Source of the DNA: Candidatus Zhuqueibacterota bacterium
Lineage (GTDB): Bacteria; Zhuqueibacterota; Zhuqueibacteria; Residuimicrobiales; Oceaniaggregativiventaceae
NCBI GenBank assembly: GCA_016929055.1
Contig: JAFGJN010000041.1
Location: 10,731-74,730 of the forward strand
Direction of reading: 5' to 3'
DNA length: 64,000 nucleotides
The notes below the pieces were generated by a model. It worked only from the letters and a program-made list of their open reading frames with translations, did no database searches and had not been told where the DNA came from. Positions 45,849-56,042 of this stretch are shown here, piece after piece; positions within the stretch are counted from its first letter, which is position 1; the number at the start of each line of letters is the position of its first letter. The position numbers and the translations under genes are program-made.

Positions 45849-47603
45849 TCAACGAATCAATGCAATTTTTACCGGCTGAATTTTTTCTTCACATAAAATT
45901 TGAACCAAGTAAATACCAGAGGCCGCGGTCTGCCCCTGCTCATTCTTGCCGTCCCATTCCACAACATGATAACCTATTGAATGCCAACCCAGATTTTTGC
46001 TGAGGATCACCTCGCCAGTCAGTGTGACGATGGATAGGTTTACAGAATTGCTTGGACGGAGGAGGCTGAATTCTATCGAAATGCTACCATGCCGATTCGG
46101 AAAAAAGGGACTGGGATAAACCCGATGAATTTGATTGGCGAGCTGCGAAGCACCAATTCCAGGTGTAATACGAACAGCAAAAGGCTCGGCAAGCGGGAAA
46201 AAGCCATTACCCGGGCGGGATGTATTGACGACAGACAACCAAATCTCGCTATCAAGAGAAACATCGCGAATTTGTACGGGTGCTGCACCGCTGTTGATGC
46301 GCCATCGGGATTGCCCACCCTCGTAGCGCTCAAGAACTGCAATCATCCAATCAGCAGGAAACCCGGATTGCGGCTGAATAATATAATCACCGGGGATTCG
46401 GGGCGTCAATCGATAGAACAGGGTCTGCAACTGCGACGCTTGCCCTTCGATAATCATCTCTTCAATGAGTTCATGTTCATTTTTGGCAAGGAGCAAGGGA
46501 TAGTGCTTGCCCTGGGGATAAAAGTTTAAGGTATCGGCTCGTTGGCCAGTATGGACATTCCAGACCGAAAATTCAGCCAATTCGCGATTGAAATTGCTGC
46601 CATAGTTTTGGAAAACGGCCTGGAATGCCTGAAAAAGATCAACGTATTCCAATTCCGTCCAAAATTGCCGAGTAATATTTCGACCGTACTTTTTTTCAAG
46701 CATGTGAAGAAAAACAGAGCTGCCGTATTCATGGCTCCCGTTAAAAAGATAAAAAGCCTGGTCCGAACCGGTGAAAAAAGGATCGAGATAATAATAGTAA
46801 TCGTTAATGGAATCGAATACGACATCCTCCATCCAGGTCGAGCTCATTTCATAGAAAAACCTTTCATTGTAAGCGACGGTCGAATATCCACGATATCCCA
46901 ATTGAATCATATGAAAGAATTCGTGTGCCGCCGTCACCCGCAATGCGTCGATACCGCGGGTTGGAGTGTGGGTGAAATTGTTGTCCATTTCGATAAAGCT
47001 TGAGAACGAACGGCTTTCAGATCCTTCGACCCGTTCTTCTTCGGTTGTCGATCCATAGGCTGCCATGTTACGCATATAGATATCATATTCTGGACCACAT
47101 CGACCATCGTCTGAGGGTGGAGGGCGATAGCCAAGAACGTCTATTTCGTAAGAATAGACCTGGTCATAGATCTCGGCGCACTGGCGGGCAAAGTCATCCA
47201 TTGTCTGGTGCACGCCTTCGGCAGCATAGTGGATTTTGAACCTGCCGCTGGGAGATATAACTCGCTGGTTAAAGACAGTGGAATCGGGACGTTGGAACCA
47301 TTGCTGCAGCTTGACGCGTTGCAGCCCGTCGGCTTGCGCCATCAACTGTTTGGCCTCCGCCTTGATAAAAGTGGGATCCAAAATCAAATCGGTGGCCAGT
47401 CCCCGATAGTTGAGCGGCAAATCCTGCGGTGCATAGATCGCCTGCAGCTGCAGATTAACAGCATCAATCGAATCGATGCGACCGAGGTGCAATTCGTAAG
47501 AAACATGTTCGATGAATCTATGCGCACCGCCCTGCAAACCAGTGTGGATCAAGAGTCCGACAACCAACAACAGTCGAACAATAACGATCGATCGTTTATG
47601 CAT
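45849..47603 (-). CDS. Secreted zinc metalloprotease (HExxH) with T9SS C-terminal sorting domain
   Basis: Signal peptide, HExxH zinc motif AAHEFFHMIQ, and a terminal about 90 aa (RVYPSPFFPN...VNLSIVTLTGEVI...SGIYLVQI...IALIR) matching the T9SS type-A CTD. Confidence 0.65.
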   Translation of the reverse strand: MHKRSIVIVRLLLVVGLLIHTGLQGGAHRFIEHVSYELHLGRIDSIDAVNLQLQAIYAPQDLPLNYRGLATDLILDPTFIKAEAKQLMAQADGLQRVKLQQWFQRPDSTVFNQRVISPSGRFKIHYAAEGVHQTMDDFARQCAEIYDQVYSYEIDVLGYRPPPSDDGRCGPEYDIYMRNMAAYGSTTEEERVEGSESRSFSSFIEMDNNFTHTPTRGIDALRVTAAHEFFHMIQLGYRGYSTVAYNERFFYEMSSTWMEDVVFDSINDYYYYLDPFFTGSDQAFYLFNGSHEYGSSVFLHMLEKKYGRNITRQFWTELEYVDLFQAFQAVFQNYGSNFNRELAEFSVWNVHTGQRADTLNFYPQGKHYPLLLAKNEHELIEEMIIEGQASQLQTLFYRLTPRIPGDYIIQPQSGFPADWMIAVLERYEGGQSRWRINSGAAPVQIRDVSLDSEIWLSVVNTSRPGNGFFPLAEPFAVRITPGIGASQLANQIHRVYPSPFFPNRHGSISIEFSLLRPSNSVNLSIVTLTGEVILSKNLGWHSIGYHVVEWDGKNEQGQTAASGIYLVQILCEEKIQPVKIALIR

Positions 47604-47644
47604 AGGATCATTCCCTAATCCGCTTTGACAAGTGCATCAAACGG

Positions 47645-48958
47645 TCAATTCTTTTTACGAAACCTCAGGCTAATCGGCACACCGAAAAATCCAAAGCGCG
47701 TGCGCAGACGGTTTTCCAAATAGTTGCGGTAGTTTTTGGGAATCCCTTTGGGTTCGTTGGTAAAAAAGGTAAAGACCGGAGGCGCCGTTCGTGTTTGAAC
47801 CATATAATTGAGTTTGACGTATTTGGCGCCATACGGTGGCGGCTGATTATCGTGAACCGCATCCTGAAGGAACTGATTGAGTTCCGAGGTTGCGATCTTG
47901 CGATTTCGCTCATCGAAAACAGCCACAGCCGTATCGAGCACCTTAAAAATGCGTTGTCGCGTTAGAGCCGAAATAAAAAATACCGGTATATAGTGAACGT
48001 CACGTATCTCTTCGGCCAGATCCCGTTCAAAATCCCGTGCGGTATTGGTCTGCCTTTCGACCAGATCCCATTTATTGACACCAATGACAATGCCTTTGCG
48101 CTCCTCCACGCAATTGCCGATAATCTTTTTATCCTGATCGGTCACTCCTGCCACGGCATCGATCAGCACCAGAGCAACATCACAGCGGCGAATGGCATTC
48201 ATCGTTCGCACAGTGCTATAAAATTCAACATTTTCGTGAACTCGGCTGCGTTTTCGCAGACCAGCGGTATCGATGAGGGTGATTCGGCGCTGCTTATATG
48301 GAAATTCGGTGTCGATCGCATCGCGGGTGGTGCCAGCGATATCGGTGACCATCAAGCGGCTCTCGCCTAGGATGGCATTGACATAGGAAGATTTTCCGAC
48401 ATTCGGTCGCCCGAGCACAGCAAGAGACAGGAAGGATTGTTCGGTCGGGTTTCCCGATTCTTTGCGCGGTAATTTTTCAATAATCGCATCGAGAAAATCG
48501 CCTACTGCTCGGCTGTTTTGGGCGCTGATTGGATAAGGTGTGCCCAATCCCAGCCGATAAAATTCGTACAGCCCCCCCTCCCTTTCCTGATTGTCCACCT
48601 TGTTCACGCCAAGTACCACTTTGCTGTTGGAGCGTTGCAAGAGTTCCGCTACTTCTTCGTCCAGAGGTGTGATACCGGTGGTAACATCGACCAAAAAAAC
48701 CACCACATCGGCCTCATGCAAAGCATAGACAACCTGTTCGCGAATGCCCTGCTCAAAAACATCGATGCTTCCGTGTACATAACCGCCGGTATCAATCAGT
48801 TGAAATTCCACCCCGGCCCACTCGGTCTGGGCGTAAATGCGATCGCGCGTTACACCCGGGGCATCGTCGACGATGGCTTCGCGCTTGCGAAGAATTCGGT
48901 TAAAGAGAGTGGATTTCCCAACATTCGGTCTTCCGACAATTGCAACGGTATTGTTCAT
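47645..48958 (-). CDS. der: Ribosome-biogenesis GTPase Der (EngA), double GTP-binding domains
   Basis: Two G-domains, each with GRPNVGKS, DTGG/DTAG and NKVD/NKWD motifs, plus a C-terminal KH-like domain. Confidence 0.9.
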   Translation of the reverse strand: MNNTVAIVGRPNVGKSTLFNRILRKREAIVDDAPGVTRDRIYAQTEWAGVEFQLIDTGGYVHGSIDVFEQGIREQVVYALHEADVVVFLVDVTTGITPLDEEVAELLQRSNSKVVLGVNKVDNQEREGGLYEFYRLGLGTPYPISAQNSRAVGDFLDAIIEKLPRKESGNPTEQSFLSLAVLGRPNVGKSSYVNAILGESRLMVTDIAGTTRDAIDTEFPYKQRRITLIDTAGLRKRSRVHENVEFYSTVRTMNAIRRCDVALVLIDAVAGVTDQDKKIIGNCVEERKGIVIGVNKWDLVERQTNTARDFERDLAEEIRDVHYIPVFFISALTRQRIFKVLDTAVAVFDERNRKIATSELNQFLQDAVHDNQPPPYGAKYVKLNYMVQTRTAPPVFTFFTNEPKGIPKNYRNYLENRLRTRFGFFGVPISLRFRKKN

Positions 48959-50241
48959 TGTGCTTTCTCAGACTTGTGCAGAGGTAAAAATCCATCATTC
49001 GCGACCAAAACGGGTGTTTGCAGCGCTTCTTGCAGTCGCACCGGCGTCCAATCATCGAGCAGTTTTCCATCGTGATTGATGCAATTGGGTGGCAGCAACA
49101 CCAGATCGGTTTTTGGTTGGTCGACGAGTTGTGAAGCGATATCTTTTCCGGTCAGCAAACCGCTGACGGTAATTCTTTCACCATAAAACCGATTTTCGAT
49201 GGCAACAAGATCGACATCCAATCCTTTAATTTGCCGCAAACGCGGGACAACGATCTGTTTCAGCAAGGGGGCAGCCATGCGACCGGTGACGATACGCAAC
49301 CGCTGTGGTTTCATACGGCGAGGAAAAGACTCGGATTGCTCTGAAAATGTTTCGATAAAATCACGGCTCATGCCAACGCCGTTTTCGATTTGTTCATATT
49401 CTTCATAATGCGAATGAGGGGGAAGAGGTTCATCGAGCATTAGATAAAACTCATCGGCCAAAAAAACAAATGACGTTTTAAGCATTTTTTTCCATCGACC
49501 GAGATTCCGATTATACCACACAAAGAGTTCACGAGCTTCCGATGGCGTGACTGGCTGCATATCCGGAAGACCGGCACGGTGTCGGGTCAATCCAACTGGC
49601 ACAATCGCCAGGGTCTTGAGCTTTGGATAATAGTCGATCAGATCGGTAACAGTTTTTTCCAGAATTTCACCGTTATTGATACCCGGACAGAGAACGATTT
49701 GGGCATGCAAGGTGATATTGCCGCGGGCGAGAAAGTCGATTTTCTCGATCAGATGATCATCTCGACGCAATCCCAGCATCCTTTTCCGAACATCGAGGTC
49801 GGTAGCATGCACCGAAATATAGAGTGGCGAAAGCCGTTGATCGACGATGCGGTGCAAATCCCTTTGGGAGGCGTTCGTCAGGGTGACATAATTGCCATAA
49901 AGAAAAGAAAGTCGATAGTCCTCATCCTTGATATAAAGTGCTGATCGCATATTGGCGGGATTTTGGTCGACAAAACAAAAAATACACTTGTTTCCGCAGC
50001 AACGGGTCGCCATTTCTTCGAATTCAATACCCAGGGGAGAATCCAAACCATCTTCGATCTCGATGATGAATTCGGATTGATCGCGACGAATGAGTATTTC
50101 GATTGGTTGTTCATGCCGCCAAAACTCGAAATCAAGGGGATCACGAATGGGATTGCCGTTGATAGACAGCAGATCGTCATCGGTTTGCAGTCCAATCTCG
50201 GCAGCAAAACCATGCGGATCAATATCGACTATTTTCATCAA
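48955..50241 (-). CDS. DUF512-domain protein with N-terminal PDZ domain and Cx3Cx2C cluster (TIGR03279-like putative radical SAM-related protein)
   Basis: PDZ-like N-terminus (IVDIDPHGFAAEIGLQTDDDLLSINGNPI) and a CCGNKCIFCF cysteine motif. The long DUF512-like C-terminal region overlaps the der start by 4 nt. Confidence 0.7.
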   Translation of the reverse strand: MMKIVDIDPHGFAAEIGLQTDDDLLSINGNPIRDPLDFEFWRHEQPIEILIRRDQSEFIIEIEDGLDSPLGIEFEEMATRCCGNKCIFCFVDQNPANMRSALYIKDEDYRLSFLYGNYVTLTNASQRDLHRIVDQRLSPLYISVHATDLDVRKRMLGLRRDDHLIEKIDFLARGNITLHAQIVLCPGINNGEILEKTVTDLIDYYPKLKTLAIVPVGLTRHRAGLPDMQPVTPSEARELFVWYNRNLGRWKKMLKTSFVFLADEFYLMLDEPLPPHSHYEEYEQIENGVGMSRDFIETFSEQSESFPRRMKPQRLRIVTGRMAAPLLKQIVVPRLRQIKGLDVDLVAIENRFYGERITVSGLLTGKDIASQLVDQPKTDLVLLPPNCINHDGKLLDDWTPVRLQEALQTPVLVANDGFLPLHKSEKAQ

Positions 50242-50334
50242 AATACGGACACCAAAATTAATTCCTGATAAAATAAAGAGGCGGATTCCCGATTGCGCAG
50301 GATTTTGACCGAGAAGGCTAACGGATGAAACGTT

Positions 50335-51573
50335 TTACTTGTCTTTCGGTTCCGATAATCCCGGGCTATAGAATTGCAATAATTGACCGATAAAAACACG
50401 GATCACCGCTCCGGCAGGCACCGCGATAAGTAAGCCCCAAAATCCAAAAAAGTGAGAAAAGACGAGTATGGAAAAAATCACCCAGACCGGATGCAGCCCC
50501 ACACGATCGCCGACAATGCGCGGAGAAAGAACAGAGCTTTCGAGTATTTGCACCACCTCGATGACGCCGACGATCTTGAGAATCGCAAGAAAAGGCGATG
50601 GACTTAAAAATCCGACTAAAACTCCAAAAACGAGAGTTATGGCCAGTCCGACATAGGGTATGATATTCAAAATACCGGCGAGCAATCCTAAAATCAGCGC
50701 ATAGCGAATGCCGAATAGAGCCAGACCGGCGGTTGTCAAGATCCCAACAATCGTACATACGATCAGCTGACCGCGAAAAAAGGCACTGACGATTGTTCCG
50801 ACAGAATCCAAAGTTTTTTGCAGACGAGAATCGTCATTCGGGGGAAGCAGTCGATGGAAACCCCGGCGTATATGAGTGAAATCCTTGAGTAGATAGAAAA
50901 AGAGAAAAGGTACCAGTACGAGATTGACGAGCTGCCCTATAGCGGCGGAGACACCGGATGTAATATTGACGGCGCTCTTAAACGCAGCTTCGAAGAGTTG
51001 CTGAACCTTGTCAGGCAATTGATTGAGGACAAAATCCTGGAGTTTGCCGTCATCGAGCCGGATGTAACGAGTCAACAGCTGGAGTCCGCTCCCTTCGATC
51101 CAGTCGGAAATCTTGTTAGAATATTTGATACTTAACGTCACCAGGTCCCCCAATTGTTGCAATATTTGAGGGATCAAGAAAAGGGAGAGCAGACTTGCAA
51201 GTCCAAGCACGAGCAGAACGATAGCGACGACGCTCAGCCAACGCGGGATCTTTTTTGCTTCAAAAAAAGTGACCAAAGGATCAAACAGGTAGGCTAGCCC
51301 GAATGACAAAACAAAAGGCAACAAAATCCCGCCGCTCGCCTGCACAAACCAAACGACAAAAATCAATCCAAGAACCAGGAACAGACGGCGCACGATTAAA
51401 ATCGAGCGCAGCGGGAGCAACAAAAGAACAAGTGAAGCAAAGAGCACCAGAGGTGTCAGAATCGTGCGAATATGGTAAATCAAAAAAATTAAAAAGAGTG
51501 CGCTCGCGATCCACACCAACGGGTGAGTATCGGCGAGATTCATTTTATTCCGATTTTGCGTTGTCCGCACCAT
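50335..51573 (-). CDS. AI-2E family transporter (PerM/YhhT-like membrane protein)
   Basis: 8-TM protein with AI-2E-family organisation. An alternative start is the ATG at 51543 (MNLADTHPLVWIAS...). Confidence 0.65.
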   Translation of the reverse strand: MVRTTQNRNKMNLADTHPLVWIASALFLIFLIYHIRTILTPLVLFASLVLLLLPLRSILIVRRLFLVLGLIFVVWFVQASGGILLPFVLSFGLAYLFDPLVTFFEAKKIPRWLSVVAIVLLVLGLASLLSLFLIPQILQQLGDLVTLSIKYSNKISDWIEGSGLQLLTRYIRLDDGKLQDFVLNQLPDKVQQLFEAAFKSAVNITSGVSAAIGQLVNLVLVPFLFFYLLKDFTHIRRGFHRLLPPNDDSRLQKTLDSVGTIVSAFFRGQLIVCTIVGILTTAGLALFGIRYALILGLLAGILNIIPYVGLAITLVFGVLVGFLSPSPFLAILKIVGVIEVVQILESSVLSPRIVGDRVGLHPVWVIFSILVFSHFFGFWGLLIAVPAGAVIRVFIGQLLQFYSPGLSEPKDK

Positions 51574-51661
51574 AGGTAATCACTTTGGCATAAAGTCGGT
51601 TTTCCCCATTGAAGAGATGGACACAGGCCCGGGCGTGGGCTTCCCGGGCCTGAAATTCGTT

Positions 51662-52582
51662 CTACTTTTCGCGCACAATATCAGAACGCAAAAAACCGGC
51701 ACCCTGAACTGCTTCACATTGAGAGGCGCGGCCATCGCTGACCTGATTGTTGACCACACGGATAACACCGATTTTGGATTCGGTCTTGCCGAGCGAGAGA
51801 CCGGTATCGGGATCGACCAGCTCCTCTCCGGCTCGATATACGACAAACTCTTCACCAACCTCGACACCGCTTTGTGAACCGGCATTGATGTATATGGGGC
51901 CGTCGCCTTTGATTATGGTGGCGCTCCAGGGTAAAGCGCGCATCGACTGGCCGACCAATTCGACAACCTGATCGATAGCGTCGCGGGTTGCTTTTCCGAC
52001 AAGCGATTCATCGAACTTGTCTTTATTGTTGAAATCGAAATCCTGGGTGCTGAGGGACAATCCTTTTTTGCTCTCTTTTTTTCGTACCGATTCGGCGGAG
52101 AGAATTTCACCCGTTGTCGTATTGACGAGGCGCACATCGATTCCGACATTTGCAGCCGAAGTCTTGACCCCGACACCAAAGCCGCGTTTCTTAATGCTCC
52201 CGCCAAGGTTGTCTTCGGAATAGCCGAATTCGGTTACCGAACCAAAGATTCCCAGGTCGACGCCCAAAAGCTTGCCAATTTCAGCCGCAGTCTGTTGGGT
52301 CACAAGTCCGCTGGCACCGAGTTTTTGTTCTTCCATCACTCGGTTCAGTTCCTGGCGTTCAATGACCTGATAGCGGCCGGTTTTGACCAGAGCGGTGACC
52401 AGCATATCGGCCATACCCTCTCCTACTGGCTGTCCGGTCCACCATCGATATCGATGTCCGGATTTGTCCTCAAAATTAAAAACTGCTACACGTCGTGTTC
52501 TGCTTTTCTCGGCAGCAACCAGTCCCACTCCATGAGCCATGATCAAGACCACCAACAAACTCGCTGAAAGTAATCGTTTCAT
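51662..52582 (-). CDS. CsgG-family lipoprotein (curli-type secretion channel-like)
   Basis: Signal peptide, then the CsgG-family pattern RRVAVFNFEDKSG...GEGMADMLVTALVKTGRYQVIERQELNRVMEEQKLGASGLV...AAEIGKLLGVDLGIFGSVTEFG. Confidence 0.7.
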   Translation of the reverse strand: MKRLLSASLLVVLIMAHGVGLVAAEKSRTRRVAVFNFEDKSGHRYRWWTGQPVGEGMADMLVTALVKTGRYQVIERQELNRVMEEQKLGASGLVTQQTAAEIGKLLGVDLGIFGSVTEFGYSEDNLGGSIKKRGFGVGVKTSAANVGIDVRLVNTTTGEILSAESVRKKESKKGLSLSTQDFDFNNKDKFDESLVGKATRDAIDQVVELVGQSMRALPWSATIIKGDGPIYINAGSQSGVEVGEEFVVYRAGEELVDPDTGLSLGKTESKIGVIRVVNNQVSDGRASQCEAVQGAGFLRSDIVREK

Positions 52583-52855
52583 GCTTTGTACTCCTCAGTT
52601 TGTTTTTGCAACTGTTATCTCCGAAAGCCCTCTTGCCAATCCCCTTGCCGACGCACAAGCCGGCTTTTCGTTTCAGCAGCCGAGCTGGCTAATTTTCAGA
52701 TTTGTTCCAATCCGCATTTTCTCTCCCGACCTTTGCCATCGCCAACACCAGATGTCCATTCAATGCGCGAAAATTCGACGCAAAGGCATCTGAATGTTAA
52801 TCATTTTTCCCTTTAGATCATAGAATAAAATGGCGAAAATGCAGGAAACTTTGTT

Positions 52856-53977
52856 TCAGCTCCAAGTATCTAACTGTGTCAGTGCATAGCAGTAAGCACC
52901 GACGGCAATTGCTTGACTGGTTCCGAGGCGCGAAATACCGACGGCAGTACGGGCAAAATTGTCATAGGTAATTGTCCGATGGCTCATTGGTACAGTGATC
53001 GTCTGAACACGTCCTTTTAAGAATTCATTGCGTTGCTGGTCGTCCTCATAATTGTAGCATAAAAGTTCCAGCCGATCAATTTTTTCACCCCGCAGATTTA
53101 TATACGGTGCATTCATTTCCTCGACCAGCGCAGGCAGGAACCATTTACCTGCGCCTGCCAATCCACCGCCGATAACCACTAATCCATCGATCAGGGCAAC
53201 CGCATGAGCCAGAGCATCGCCCGCGACTCGTCCCATCTGTGCAAATGATTTTTGGGCAGCATTTCTATCACCTGCGAGCCGACCTTCGGCTATCTTGAAA
53301 ATATCGATGGGTGAAGGCGCAGAGCGAAAATCGGTTCCGGTCAGGCGAGCATAAAAATTTCGCACACCCCGTATGCTCACGCCTTCTTCGGCACAATGCT
53401 CGGGTGACAATCGATTTCGCAAGGACCAGATTTCACCGGCCGCTGAATTATCACCAACGAGCATCTGCTGATCGATGATAACGCTGCCACCGAAACCCGT
53501 TCCGAATGTCACGCCGATTAAATTGCGAAAACGCTTGGGACTTTTAGCTTGCGCCAGATCGCGATTGACCTGCGGTAGAAATCCGGCCAGAGCTTCGCCC
53601 AAACCGAACAAATTGCCGTCGTTGTTGATATAGACCGGTAAATCGAATATGTCGTTCAAAAGTTTTGAAAGTGCCACACCGCCTGTGTATGCTGGCAGAT
53701 TGATCAATTTTTCAATAATGCCGTTTGGATAATCGGCCGGGCCGGGAAAGGCAAAACTGATGGCAACCGGTTTTTCCGGAACCGTCTGTTGCACCTTTCG
53801 AAAACCCTCGATAATGGTTTTCAGCGAAAGATCGAGTTGATGGCCGTTGGAGGGTTTCCGGATTGGTTCAACAATTTGCTTGTTGGCCCGCATAGCGGAA
53901 AAAACAAAATTGGTACCTCCGGCATCCAGCGTCATAACCACTCGTGAATCCTGGGTATAATCCATTTTCATCCTCAA
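52856..53977 (-). CDS. ROK-family sugar kinase
   Basis: VMTLDAGGTNFVFSAM ATP-binding loop and GVTFGTGFGGSVII. There is no N-terminal HTH domain. Confidence 0.7.
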   Translation of the reverse strand: MRMKMDYTQDSRVVMTLDAGGTNFVFSAMRANKQIVEPIRKPSNGHQLDLSLKTIIEGFRKVQQTVPEKPVAISFAFPGPADYPNGIIEKLINLPAYTGGVALSKLLNDIFDLPVYINNDGNLFGLGEALAGFLPQVNRDLAQAKSPKRFRNLIGVTFGTGFGGSVIIDQQMLVGDNSAAGEIWSLRNRLSPEHCAEEGVSIRGVRNFYARLTGTDFRSAPSPIDIFKIAEGRLAGDRNAAQKSFAQMGRVAGDALAHAVALIDGLVVIGGGLAGAGKWFLPALVEEMNAPYINLRGEKIDRLELLCYNYEDDQQRNEFLKGRVQTITVPMSHRTITYDNFARTAVGISRLGTSQAIAVGAYCYALTQLDTWS

Positions 53978-53991
53978 ACCTCAATGTCATT

Positions 53992-55680
53992 TTATCCATT
54001 CGATGGAGAAACCCGCTGTTTTTCTGCTTGCAAACGATGAGCGCGTTGTAGCGCTTCTTGAAATGTGCCGAGAACGTTATCTAATTTAATACTCTGAAGA
54101 AATCCCGAACGTTCCATAACGATAAACGGCTGTGCATGAACGCCAGAAAGCAGAACCGTGGTTCCGTTTTTTTGGGATTGATCGATCAAAGCTTCCAGAG
54201 CATTTAGTCCTGTCGCATCCAATGCCAGGACATTTCGCATTCGCAAGATAAGGATTTGCGGTTGTCGGTTAATTTGTAAAAGTGCATCGCGGAATTTATG
54301 TGCCGCTCCGAAAAAAAAGGTGCCGTTGATCTCAAAGATCTCGGTGCCTGGCGGAATATCTAAAGTGCGGCTTCCGGGGTTATCGGGATCCTCTTCATTC
54401 AACATGGTCGACATAAAACGCATCTGTGTTACACTTGCCATCCGCCGCATGAGCAGAACAGATGCCAAAACTACACCGGCTTGAATAGCTACGGTCAAAT
54501 CGATAAAAAGCGTCAGCAAAAAGGTCGTCAACAAGACCAAGCTATCGCTGCGCGTGCTTTTGAATATTTTAAAAAACAAATGCAGCTCGCTCATATTCCA
54601 GGCGACAACCAACAATATTCCTGCCAACGCCGGCATGGGTATCAACGCGGCCCATCGGCCTGCAAAGAGCAAAATCATCAAAACGGTCAATGCGTGAAAC
54701 AGTCCTGCAAAGGGTGTCAGGCCGCCGTTCTTGATGTTGGTGGCAGTGCGTGCGATAGCTCCCGTTGCTGGAATCCCTCCGAAAAGCGGAGAAATCAGAT
54801 TAGCAGCACCCTGAGCGATCAATTCCATATTGGAGCGATGTCGACGACCAGTCATTCCATCAGCGACGACGGCACTGAGCAGAGATTCTATCCCACCCAA
54901 AAGTGCTATTGACAATGCAGCCGAAAACAGTTCAGCCATTCGACCAGTCGGCATCATAGGCCAGTGAAATCTGGGCAACATGTTGGGGATCTCGCCAAAA
55001 CGACTTGCGATTGTATCGATAGGTAATGAGAAAAGCTCGACAGCGATGGTCGTCAGCACCAGGGCAACAAGAGATCCAGGCAAACGTTTTGTGACACGCG
55101 GCCAATAGGTCATAATAGCAATGGTAAGCAGACAAATCGCACAGGCGCGGAAATCGATCGATGGCAGGGAACGCAAAATAAAAAGCCATTTTAAATGAAA
55201 GGGGGAAGGAATTTCTGAACCGTAAATGCCCATACCGTCGAAAAGCTGACCGGTAGCAATGATCAGGGCGATACCGGTGGTAAACCCAACGGTGACCGGA
55301 TAAGGAATAAATCGAATAATCGTTCCCAGTCGCGCCATCCCCATTGCGACCAACAAAATACCGGCGACAATCGTGGCGAAAGCCAATCCATCCATACCAT
55401 AGTTTGTTACGATGGAGTGAACGAGAATGACAAAAGCGCCGGTAGGACCGCCGATCTGGACACGGCTGCCCGACAATAAAGAAATTGTAAAACCTGCGAT
55501 AATTGCTGTATACAAACCTTGCTCCGGCCGTACACCGGACGCGATAGCGAAAGCAATGGCCAAAGGTATTGCGACCAAGCCAACCGTTACGCCGGCGGCA
55601 AGGTCTTTTGACAATTGCGCAAAAGATACCCCTTCGCGCAAAACGGCGATCAGTTTGGGCTCAAACTCTTTTGAATGCAT
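53992..55680 (-). CDS. SulP-family inorganic anion transporter with C-terminal STAS domain
   Basis: Sulfate-transporter-family TM core (GVTVGLVAIPLAIAFAIASGV, QIGGPTGAFVILV) and a C-terminal STAS fold (ILILRMRNVLALDATGLNALEALI). The ATG at 55680 is preferred over the upstream in-frame ATG at 55761. Confidence 0.8.
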   Translation of the reverse strand: MHSKEFEPKLIAVLREGVSFAQLSKDLAAGVTVGLVAIPLAIAFAIASGVRPEQGLYTAIIAGFTISLLSGSRVQIGGPTGAFVILVHSIVTNYGMDGLAFATIVAGILLVAMGMARLGTIIRFIPYPVTVGFTTGIALIIATGQLFDGMGIYGSEIPSPFHLKWLFILRSLPSIDFRACAICLLTIAIMTYWPRVTKRLPGSLVALVLTTIAVELFSLPIDTIASRFGEIPNMLPRFHWPMMPTGRMAELFSAALSIALLGGIESLLSAVVADGMTGRRHRSNMELIAQGAANLISPLFGGIPATGAIARTATNIKNGGLTPFAGLFHALTVLMILLFAGRWAALIPMPALAGILLVVAWNMSELHLFFKIFKSTRSDSLVLLTTFLLTLFIDLTVAIQAGVVLASVLLMRRMASVTQMRFMSTMLNEEDPDNPGSRTLDIPPGTEIFEINGTFFFGAAHKFRDALLQINRQPQILILRMRNVLALDATGLNALEALIDQSQKNGTTVLLSGVHAQPFIVMERSGFLQSIKLDNVLGTFQEALQRAHRLQAEKQRVSPSNG

Positions 55681-56042
55681 GGTTCTTTCATCGAAATGGT
55701 TTGGGTAGTAGTGGTTAGGCACGGTCGAGGTCGACTTGTGGGTGCAAAAAGGCAGTCTCACGGCCCTGGTCTGATCTCAAAAATTGATCGTCAATATAAA
55801 TCAAACTTTTTGAATTTACAAGTCGAAAATCAGAACTTTAAGAAAAGTAATTCTCAGAAAATCTATTTTGAATGGGGCTGGTGCCAACCAGTTTTTCTAG
55901 TTAAGCAAAGCGTCGAAACGCTGATTTGGAAAAAAATGCACATGGAAAAAAAAGCTGCATTCTGAGATTGTCCATAAAGGCAATAATACAAACCGGTCTC
56001 TCGATCCTTTTTGAACAGCACATGGCTGTTCTATCCAGCGCT

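Noticed and set aside
56000-56042. GAACAGC-ACATG-GCTGTTC hairpin after the M14 carboxypeptidase gene as a terminator
   Set aside because: There is no adjacent U-tract on the minus strand, so it is not a convincing intrinsic terminator.
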